This document shows, piece by piece, positions 25,180 to 32,000 of a DNA stretch of 32,000 nt; the first letter of the stretch is position 1, and each line of letters starts with the position of its first letter. Where the stretch lies: NCBI RefSeq assembly GCF_002310835.1, contig NZ_CP011042.1, positions 360,001 through 392,000 on the forward strand, given 5' to 3'. The position numbers and the translations under genes are program-made. Below the pieces are notes generated by a model that saw nothing but the letters and a program-made list of their open reading frames with translations, did no database searches and had not been told where the DNA came from. This DNA comes from Pseudoalteromonas tetraodonis (GTDB taxonomy: Bacteria; Pseudomonadota; Gammaproteobacteria; Enterobacterales; Alteromonadaceae).

Positions 25180-26790
25180 ATGCATACCACCTCATTTGAT
25201 TACATTGTGATTGGCGCAGGCAGTGCTGGCTGTGTTGTTGCCTCGCGATTATCTGAAAATAAAAATGTGAGTGTGTGTTTAATTGAAGCCGGCGGCCGTG
25301 ACCAAAGTGCCATGGTGCAAATGCCTGCGGGAGTTGCAGCTAGTGTGCCTTATGGCATTAATAGCTGGCATTACAACACGGTGCCACAAAAAGAGCTTAA
25401 TAACCGCTGTGGGTTTATGCCCAGAGGTAAAGTGCTTGGTGGTTCAAGTTCAATCAATGCCATGGTGTACATAAGAGGGAATAAAAAAGACTACGACAAC
25501 TGGGCCGCTATGGGAAATACCGGCTGGGATTATACCAGTTTGCTGCCTTATTTTATCAAAGCTGAAAACAACAAAACCTTTACCAACAGCCCATATCATG
25601 GTGTAAATGGCCCCTTACATGTGCAAGAGCTAAGTTTACCAAGCCCAGTTAATCAGCTGTTTTTAAAAGCATGCCAAGAGCAAGGCGTAGCCCTTAATGA
25701 CGATATTAATGCGCAGCAACAGCTAGGTGCGCGGTTATCGCAGGTCACTCAACATAAAGGGGAGCGTTGCAGTGCGGCAAAAGCGTACTTAACACCTAAT
25801 TTAGCTCGTAAAAACTTAACCGTGCTCACTGATGCGCAGATAAATAAAATTAATTTTTGCGGGAGAGCTGCAACTGGTGTAACAGTTGCCGTTAATAATA
25901 AAAGCTATGTGCTAAATGCCCATAAAGAAGTTATTTTAAGTGCCGGTGCGATTAACTCTCCCCAACTTTTAATGTTATCGGGAGTGGGGCCTGCAGATCA
26001 TTTAAAGCAGCATAACATTGAGCTTGTAACGCCATTAGAAGGTGTAGGCAGTAATTTGCACGATCACTTAACCGTTGTGCCATTATACAAAGCAAAATAT
26101 TCGCAAGGCACATTTGGAATAAGTGCCAGCGGTGCGTTTAATATTGCAAAAGGATGCGTTGATTGGTTTGCCAAACGCGAAGGAAAGCTGACCAGTAACT
26201 TTGCCGAGTCGCATGCGTTTGTAAACTTATTTACAGATTCTATTGTGCCCGATGTGCAACTTGAATTTGTTATTGGGCTGGTGGACGATCACAGCCGTAA
26301 ACTGCATTATGGCCATGGATACAGTATTCATAGCAGCATAATGCACCCTAAAAGCCGCGGCACTATTCGTTTAGCGGATGCCAACCCTGTAAGTGCGCCA
26401 CTCATTGATCCTAATTATTTAAGCCACCCCGATGATTTACAGGTTATGCTACTTGGGCTTAAAAAAACATTGAGCATAATGCAAAGCAAAGCGTTTGATA
26501 CTATTCGTGCAGATATGGTGTATCCGCTTGATATTAATGATGATGCGCAGCTTATTGAGTTTATTAGGCAAACAGCCGATACAGAATATCACCCCGTAGG
26601 AACCTGCAAAATGGGCCAAGACGATATGGCTGTGGTTGATAGCGAATTACGTGTTCACGGTGTGCAAAATTTACGGGTGGTAGACGCCTCTATTATGCCC
26701 AGTATTATTACCGGAAATACCAATGCTGGGGTAATAGCAATTGCAGAAAAAGCAGCTGACTTAATAAAGCAAGCTGCACTTTGTGACTAA
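25180..26790 (+). CDS. GMC-family FAD oxidoreductase (choline/alcohol dehydrogenase-like)
   Basis: I prefer the ATG at 25180 (GGGAG upstream) over the track start at 25147. It has FDYIVIGAGSAGCVVASRLSE (GxGxxG), the GMC signature GGSSSINAMVYIRG and the C-terminal active-site region EYHPVGTCKMG. Confidence 0.9.
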   Translation: MHTTSFDYIVIGAGSAGCVVASRLSENKNVSVCLIEAGGRDQSAMVQMPAGVAASVPYGINSWHYNTVPQKELNNRCGFMPRGKVLGGSSSINAMVYIRGNKKDYDNWAAMGNTGWDYTSLLPYFIKAENNKTFTNSPYHGVNGPLHVQELSLPSPVNQLFLKACQEQGVALNDDINAQQQLGARLSQVTQHKGERCSAAKAYLTPNLARKNLTVLTDAQINKINFCGRAATGVTVAVNNKSYVLNAHKEVILSAGAINSPQLLMLSGVGPADHLKQHNIELVTPLEGVGSNLHDHLTVVPLYKAKYSQGTFGISASGAFNIAKGCVDWFAKREGKLTSNFAESHAFVNLFTDSIVPDVQLEFVIGLVDDHSRKLHYGHGYSIHSSIMHPKSRGTIRLADANPVSAPLIDPNYLSHPDDLQVMLLGLKKTLSIMQSKAFDTIRADMVYPLDINDDAQLIEFIRQTADTEYHPVGTCKMGQDDMAVVDSELRVHGVQNLRVVDASIMPSIITGNTNAGVIAIAEKAADLIKQAALCD

Positions 26791-27596
26791 CTTGACTTAT
26801 AAAACGCTGTTAACCATTGCTGCCAGTCTTGCTCTAGTTTGAGCATTTGCTGGTGCTTTTTAGCGGAAAAATGTTTGTTTTTATCTTCATCCGCTAAAAA
26901 CGGCCCCACACGACAAAGCGGGCAATAATCATCAGTTAGATAATTAGGGGTTGTTAACATATCACTTAGTTCGGGTAGTGTATTTTCACTAAATACATAA
27001 GTAATACCGCTGGTGTCTTTGACGTGTTTGTCACGGTCGACATTGCGAATTTTATAGCCATCAAAGCGACTGATATCGAATGACATTTGTCCTTGATATT
27101 GTGCGTTTAAATGGGTATTTAAACTCCCCTCAATATTCCACTCACGATACGGTTTAACATCTTTTGAGGTTATATAGCATAACCCAGGGCCTTGTGGGTT
27201 CAAGGCAAACTCATTGGCATATTTTATAAATTGATGCAGTAACGCACGGTTAAGCACGTTCATGCTGTTATTACGTGTATTTTTCTCAAATGCGTCGCGA
27301 CCAATAAACGCAGGAATAAGTGGAAATTGAAAAATCACTACATCAAAGCTGTTTAGGTGCTCGGCTAGTTGTTGCCAACATTGTGTGTTGGTGACATCAA
27401 ATTCATTAAGCACATCAATTTTATGTGCTTTAAGTGAGGCAAGCGCGTTATCGGGATATTTTTCTGTAAGAGTTGCAGCTGCATCATAGGTTGAGGCAAC
27501 TAACTTTTGCGGTTTAATGTGGTTGTAAAGCGCGTTTGAAAACGATAAGTCGCCATCACCTACCGTGAGTATGTTCCAATTTGGGTTTAAATACAT
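26787..27596 (-). CDS. DUF2431 (Bmt5-like) SAM-dependent methyltransferase fused to a C-terminal U1/JAZ-like C2H2 zinc finger
   Basis: 269 aa. The N-terminal ILTVGDGDLSFS is the DUF2431/Bmt5 hallmark. The C-terminus reads CPLC-x13-H-x5-H (CPLCRVGPFLADEDKNKHFSAKKH, nt ~26853-26924). Its stop (26787-26789) overlaps the stop of the convergent GMC gene. Confidence 0.65.
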   Translation of the reverse strand: MYLNPNWNILTVGDGDLSFSNALYNHIKPQKLVASTYDAAATLTEKYPDNALASLKAHKIDVLNEFDVTNTQCWQQLAEHLNSFDVVIFQFPLIPAFIGRDAFEKNTRNNSMNVLNRALLHQFIKYANEFALNPQGPGLCYITSKDVKPYREWNIEGSLNTHLNAQYQGQMSFDISRFDGYKIRNVDRDKHVKDTSGITYVFSENTLPELSDMLTTPNYLTDDYCPLCRVGPFLADEDKNKHFSAKKHQQMLKLEQDWQQWLTAFYKSS

Positions 27597-27602
27597 ATTA
27601 AA

Positions 27603-28001
27603 TTATATGTTTTTATTAGTAACAGGCGATGTGTCAGGATGCGGTGTATTAATCAGCTGTTGATGCAACCTATACATAGCTAAACGCGTTTTTAACCCTT
27701 CAATGGCAACTTGTTTAAGAATTAAGTTAAAGGTAATCAAAATAGCAAACACAATATGAATAGGGCCATGAGTAAAACCGGCTTGAGGGTCGTAAATGGC
27801 TAAGCCAAATAAAACAAACAACACCACCATAAATATTTCAATGAGCTGATTTGAATAAAAAGAAAGACGCCCCTCACTTTTATGATCTTTTTTTATGCTA
27901 ATAGCGCAAAAAAACGGGATAACTTTAATTTTAAAAGCCGCGTTTTTTTCTACAAAATTCTCACCAAGGTCAGTAAGCTGTTGGCGTAATTGGTCTATCA
28001 T
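27603..28001 (-). CDS. Hypothetical membrane protein
   Basis: The track ORF runs to 28016. The ATG at 28001 (MIDQLRQQL) has a GAGAGGA upstream. It has two or three TM helices and lies 6 nt upstream of the methyltransferase gene. Confidence 0.5.
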   Translation of the reverse strand: MIDQLRQQLTDLGENFVEKNAAFKIKVIPFFCAISIKKDHKSEGRLSFYSNQLIEIFMVVLFVLFGLAIYDPQAGFTHGPIHIVFAILITFNLILKQVAIEGLKTRLAMYRLHQQLINTPHPDTSPVTNKNI

Positions 28002-28068
28002 GGTGTGTCCTCTCAATACAGTGCGCGGATGTTACCCTATTACAGACCAATGGTTAAGCCATGGCGTG

Positions 28069-28488
28069 TTATTTAGGGTAAATACTCATACCAATAATTA
28101 AGATATGACACACAAATACCACTGATGTGAGCACAAAACGCATTTTTTGATAATCTTTATGATAACCCTGCCACTGTATTGTGGCCTTTTCAAAAATCAG
28201 TACTAACCAAAAACTCGCGCCTAACCAAGCAAGCATCCACTCAATCGGTAAGAATGATAAAAACGGAATAGGAATGACCGGTAGCACTGCTTTAATCGCA
28301 TCAGCAAAGCTCTGCTGGCCTGCATGCCATAAGTTACCCGCCATAAACGCTAAAATAGCAATGCTGTAAAAACTAAAAAACTCTAAATTTACACTGTTAC
28401 TGCCAAACATGAGCGGCCAGCCCACACAGCCTAAAAATGGCAATAAGCCTAAATAGCCAAGTTGAATGTGATTGACGAATTTTTCCAT
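28069..28488 (-). CDS. DUF3429-like integral membrane protein
   Basis: 139 aa with four TM helices. The N-terminal LGYLGLLPF is typical of DUF3429 as I recall it. Confidence 0.55.
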   Translation of the reverse strand: MEKFVNHIQLGYLGLLPFLGCVGWPLMFGSNSVNLEFFSFYSIAILAFMAGNLWHAGQQSFADAIKAVLPVIPIPFLSFLPIEWMLAWLGASFWLVLIFEKATIQWQGYHKDYQKMRFVLTSVVFVCHILIIGMSIYPK

Positions 28489-28667
28489 AAATGAAATGCC
28501 TTTGAAGGTTGTGTAATGTAAACCACGTTATTGTAGCAAGGATGTGCAGTGTAATCTTATTAAAATCTATATAGCGCAACTGACTATGAGTGGTAGTTGA
28601 GTTGTAACTGCTTTAACGCTTAAAAGTAAGCAGTAGATCACTCCTTGGGTTTGCAATCTTAAAAATC

Positions 28668-28689
28668 GATTGTTTTAATCTAAACAATC
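28668..28689. promoter_or_regulatory. Palindromic candidate operator upstream of ahpC
   Basis: GATTGTTT-N6-AAACAATC is a perfect 8-bp inverted repeat about 100 nt upstream of the ahpC start. OxyR is the usual ahpCF regulator, but this is not a clean match to its motif. Confidence 0.3.
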
Positions 28690-28787
28690 AATTTTATTTA
28701 ATTTCTCAATGGCCTTATTGTATTAATCAAGCCAACGCATACAGCGTTAACTTTTTATAAATACACTAAACATAAATGAGGAATACT

Positions 28788-29357
28788 ATGAGCACTTCAT
28801 TGATTAACACAAAATTACAACCTTTCAATGCAACAGCTTACCACAATGGTGACTTTGTAGAACTCACTGAAAAAGACGTATTAGGTAAGTGGTCTATCTT
28901 TTTCTTTTACCCAGCTGACTTTACGTTTGTATGCCCTACAGAGCTAGGTGACCTTGCAGATCATTACGCACAGTTACAAGAAATGGGCGTTGAAGTTTAT
29001 TCAGTATCAACAGATACACACTTTACGCACAAAGCATGGCATGACACGTCAGACACAATCGGTAAAATTACTTACCCCATGATTGGTGACCCAACAGGGC
29101 GCATTACACGTAACTTTGGTGTAATGATTGAAGATGATGGTTTAGCACTTCGCGGTACATTTGTAATGAACCCTGAGGGCGAAATTAAAGTTGTTGAAAC
29201 ACATGACTTAGGCATTGGTCGTAGTGCTAAAGAGTTAGTTCGTAAAGTGCAAGCAGCCCAATACATTGCAACACACGATGGCGAAGTTTGTCCTGCATCT
29301 TGGCAGCCAGGTGAAGACACATTAGCACCTTCACTAGACCTAGTTGGTAAGATTTAA
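28788..29357 (+). CDS. ahpC: Alkyl hydroperoxide reductase subunit C (2-Cys peroxiredoxin)
   Basis: ATG at 28788 with GAGGA 5 nt upstream (track start 28776). It has the FFFYPADFTFVCPTEL peroxidatic Cys motif and the resolving Cys in EVCPA. Confidence 0.95.
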   Translation: MSTSLINTKLQPFNATAYHNGDFVELTEKDVLGKWSIFFFYPADFTFVCPTELGDLADHYAQLQEMGVEVYSVSTDTHFTHKAWHDTSDTIGKITYPMIGDPTGRITRNFGVMIEDDGLALRGTFVMNPEGEIKVVETHDLGIGRSAKELVRKVQAAQYIATHDGEVCPASWQPGEDTLAPSLDLVGKI

Positions 29358-29400
29358 ACCTTACCACTAACTAAATTTAGAGTAGAACATGACTCTAATA

Positions 29401-29484
29401 CCAGTGAGCCTGTATAGGTTCACTGGGCACTCTCCCACGCCATCACACGTTTCTAAAATTTCGCACATGCACTGATGGCATGGG
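29401..29484 (+). promoter_or_regulatory. Two stem-loops in the ahpC-ahpF spacer (candidate attenuator or processing structure)
   Basis: CCAGTGA (29401-29407) pairs with TCACTGG (29420-29426). CCCACGCCATCA (29434-29445) pairs with TGATGGCATGGG (29473-29484) at 11 of 12 positions. Confidence 0.45.
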
Positions 29485-29521
29485 AACCTTGCTGTTTTAA
29501 TTTTCCTTAAGGGGCTAAGCA

Positions 29522-31099
29522 ATGTTAGACAACAACATAAAGAACCAACTAAAAAGCCATTTTGAATCGCTGACTCAGCCTGTTGAGCTGCTTATCGCCT
29601 TGGACGACAGCAAAAAATCAACAGAAGTAGAAAGTCTAGCAAACGATTTAGCGTCACTAAGCGATAAGTTTAGTGTAATAAATAATCCCGATACTAGCGC
29701 CCGCAGGCCTTCTATGGTGGTGCATTCACCAGAAAAAAACACCCATATTACCTTTGCAGGTGTTCCTATGGGACACGAATTTACTAGTTTAGTGTTAGCG
29801 CTATTACATACGGGTGGTCACCCTAGTAAAGCAAGTAAAGATGACATTGAACAAATACAAACACTTGAACAAACACTTAATTTTGAAGTGTATATTAGCT
29901 TGAGTTGCCAAACCTGCCCGCAAGTTGTGCAGGCACTTAATACTATGGCAGCAACAAATAGTAATATTAAAGCCACCATGATTGATGGGGCATTATTTCA
30001 AGATGAAGTTGAGCAAAGAAACATACTGGCGGTACCCGCTGTTTATTTAAATGGTGAACCTTTTAGCCAAGGGGCCATGAGCCTCACTGATATTTTAAAT
30101 AAAGTGGATAGCAAAGGTGCACAGCGCCAAGCAGCATCACTCAATGAAAAGTCGGTGTTTGATGTACTTGTCGTCGGTGGTGGGCCAGCTGGTGCTTCGG
30201 CAGCTATTTATTCAGCACGTAAAGGGCTCAATACTGGGGTTGTAGCAGAGCGATTTGGCGGTCAAGTTGCTGATACATTAGCGATTGAAAACTTTATTTC
30301 AATAAAAGCAACGCAAGGGCCAAAAATGGTGGCTCAGTTGGAAGAACACGTTAAAGAATACGATGTTGATGTTATGCACAACCAACGCGCGGCAAACCTG
30401 CAAAAAGGCAGTAATGGGTATGATATTACGCTAGAAAATGGCGCTGTATTAAAAGCAAAATCACTCGTGCTAGCAACCGGTGCACGCTGGCGCGAAATGA
30501 ATGTACCCGGTGAGCAACAATATAAAGGCCATGGCGTTGCATACTGCCCGCACTGTGATGGGCCTCTATTTAAAGGTAAACCGGTTGCGGTTATTGGTGG
30601 TGGTAATTCAGGTATTGAGGCGGCAATTGATTTAGCCAATATAGTTGAACACGTTACTGTACTTGAATTTGCTGATACGTTACGCGCCGATGAGGTACTT
30701 ATTCGTAAAGCTAATAGCTTAAAAAACATCACTATTATTAAAAACGCCCAAACCACGGAAGTACTTGGTGATGGCAAAAAAGTAACGGGGTTAAGTTATA
30801 CCGACCGCCTTAGCGGCGAGAGTAAACAGTTGAACTTAGCCGGTATATTTGTACAAATTGGTTTAATACCTAATACCGAATGGTTGAAAGACAGCGAGCT
30901 TGAACTGAGCCAATTTGGTGAAATACTCATTGATGCCAAAGGCGCAACATCGTTACAAGGCGTTTATGCTGCAGGTGATGCAACCACTACGCCATTTAAG
31001 CAAATTATTATTGCGATGGGGGCGGGCGCAACAGCAAGCCTAGGTGCGTTTGACTATTTAATTCGTCAAACGCCCGATGCAGAGCAAAGCGCTGCTTAA
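29522..31099 (+). CDS. ahpF: Alkyl hydroperoxide reductase subunit F
   Basis: 525 aa. It has an N-terminal thioredoxin-like domain with CQTCP, a FAD/NAD(P)H domain with GGGPAG and a redox CPHCDG. Confidence 0.95.
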   Translation: MLDNNIKNQLKSHFESLTQPVELLIALDDSKKSTEVESLANDLASLSDKFSVINNPDTSARRPSMVVHSPEKNTHITFAGVPMGHEFTSLVLALLHTGGHPSKASKDDIEQIQTLEQTLNFEVYISLSCQTCPQVVQALNTMAATNSNIKATMIDGALFQDEVEQRNILAVPAVYLNGEPFSQGAMSLTDILNKVDSKGAQRQAASLNEKSVFDVLVVGGGPAGASAAIYSARKGLNTGVVAERFGGQVADTLAIENFISIKATQGPKMVAQLEEHVKEYDVDVMHNQRAANLQKGSNGYDITLENGAVLKAKSLVLATGARWREMNVPGEQQYKGHGVAYCPHCDGPLFKGKPVAVIGGGNSGIEAAIDLANIVEHVTVLEFADTLRADEVLIRKANSLKNITIIKNAQTTEVLGDGKKVTGLSYTDRLSGESKQLNLAGIFVQIGLIPNTEWLKDSELELSQFGEILIDAKGATSLQGVYAAGDATTTPFKQIIIAMGAGATASLGAFDYLIRQTPDAEQSAA

Positions 31100-31160
31100 T
31101 AGTGTTTTAGCTTAAAGTCTCTTGATATAACAGCTCTCACCCATAGCTGTTTGTTCACCC

Positions 31161-31189
31161 AAGCCGCCCTCTCCAAAGGCGGCTTTTTT
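31161..31189. terminator. Rho-independent terminator after ahpF
   Basis: AAGCCGCC-N9-GGCGGCTT followed by TTTTT. Confidence 0.8.
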
Positions 31190-31194
31190 GAGCG

Positions 31195-31386
31195 CTATTT
31201 AAGTCGGGTAATACCCACTAAAATACAGACTGCGCCACCAATAAAGCCAAGCCAGGCTTCCATAGGTGTTTCGCCGTTTAATGCGCGGGTAACCTGAGAG
31301 GCTGCTGAGTCATAAACGTCATAGCCCCATATTGCCAGTGCGATACCAATAACAATAAGTACAATACCAATAATTTTATTTGTCAT
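31195..31386 (-). CDS. DUF3185-family small membrane protein
   Basis: I prefer the ATG at 31386 (MTNKIIGIVLIVIGIALAIWGY...GGAVCILVGI), giving 63 aa and two TM helices. The track ORF extends to 31428. Confidence 0.6.
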   Translation of the reverse strand: MTNKIIGIVLIVIGIALAIWGYDVYDSAASQVTRALNGETPMEAWLGFIGGAVCILVGITRLK

Positions 31387-31434
31387 AATGATCCTTTGTT
31401 TTCTAGTGCAAGTTAATCTGAGCGACACTCGTTA

Positions 31435-32000
31435 TTATAATGTGGCTACGCTCAGCCTTTTTAATGTATTTGTAATTGCTTCTTCTATTGCTGGAAGCTT
31501 AAATGGTTTGGCTATAAACATATCCATGCCCGCTTGTTTACAGCTTAGTTTATCTTGGGAAGAAGCATTAGCCGTCAGAGCGACGATATATGTGCTTTTG
31601 GGGCTACAAATGTTACTAGATCTTAATTGTTTGGTAGCTTCAAAACCATCAAGTATTGGCATAATACAATCCATAAAAATAAGATCGTAATGCTTTTGTT
31701 TGCACTTTAAAATTGCGTCTTGGCCGTCTATGGCAAAGTCTGATTTTATATTAAACTTATCCAGCGCAGCTTCTAATACAAGGCGGTTTATTTCGTTATC
31801 ATCAACCACCAGTACTGATAATTTGGCACCATGATTATTAATCAATTTAAGACTCGGTGTCTGTATTTGTTGTTTGCCAAGTTCAATCGGGATAGTTAAG
31901 GTAAAACACGTACCCACATTAACCTCACTCGTTACTTCAATTTTGCCATTCATAAAACCAACGAGTTCTTTAACAATTGCTAAACCTAATCCGGTGCCGC
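31435..32000 (-). CDS. Hybrid sensor histidine kinase/response regulator, 3' part (5' end outside the window)
   Basis: The reading frame stays open to the window edge (..GTGLGLAIVKELVGFMNGKIEVTSEVNVGTCFTLTIP, the HATPase_c G2 box). A receiver domain follows: VLVVDDNEINR, FMDCIMPILDG, ALTANA, KPF. Confidence 0.85.
   Translation of the reverse strand, partial: GTGLGLAIVKELVGFMNGKIEVTSEVNVGTCFTLTIPIELGKQQIQTPSLKLINNHGAKLSVLVVDDNEINRLVLEAALDKFNIKSDFAIDGQDAILKCKQKHYDLIFMDCIMPILDGFEATKQLRSSNICSPKSTYIVALTANASSQDKLSCKQAGMDMFIAKPFKLPAIEEAITNTLKRLSVATL

Noticed and set aside
30334-30777. A 147-aa antisense ORF inside ahpF. The same applies to 29072-29320 in ahpC, 16941-17249, 18707-19015, 19851-20039, 21662-21895, 22329-22550, 23144-23365, 24696-24917 and 25283-25474.
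   Set aside because: Each is fully embedded in a strongly supported gene on the other strand or in another frame. Their composition is Ser/Pro/Cys-rich, typical of antisense translation.
1-32000. rRNA, tRNA, CRISPR arrays, transposases, and phage integrase or structural genes
   Set aside because: No regularly spaced direct repeats, no cloverleaf-like GC-rich 75-nt blocks, and no ORF with recombinase or transposase motifs were seen on either strand.

Overview
This 32-kb window looks like chromosome from an AT-leaning marine gammaproteobacterium. Gene content resembles Alteromonadales or Pseudoalteromonas, but that is a guess I cannot verify.

Most of the window is ordinary housekeeping or niche genes:
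- a UvrA paralog, LysE and RhtA exporters, and LysR and AraC regulators
- two TonB-dependent receptors, a RIO-type kinase and a TPR-sulfotransferase
- an Old Yellow Enzyme, a GMC oxidoreductase and a Gfo/Idh/MocA oxidoreductase
- ahpC-ahpF and the 3' end of a hybrid sensor kinase

The exception is a low-GC accessory island at about 8.2-16.3 kb, between the RIO kinase and sulfotransferase genes. It carries about eleven small, mostly co-oriented (+) orphan genes.

The centrepiece is a translationally coupled gene pair at 10070-12780. The first gene encodes a Cap4/DUF4297-type PD-(D/E)xK nuclease. The second encodes a coiled-coil Rad50/SMC-like ABC ATPase. This is the architecture of a minimal Lamassu / ABC-3C type anti-phage or anti-plasmid system, possibly a divergent or undescribed variant.

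The pair is bracketed by a perfect 14-bp inverted repeat. The 3' copy opens an 86-nt attC-like imperfect palindrome, so the module looks like a single integron-type cassette. No integrase lies in the window, and related repeat copies occur elsewhere.

Other points:
- a frameshifted haloalkane dehalogenase at the left edge
- a stand-alone TonB C-domain lipoprotein
- an M23 peptidase with an altered Zn ligand
- a Bmt5-like methyltransferase fused to a U1-type zinc finger

I found no rRNA, tRNA or CRISPR array.
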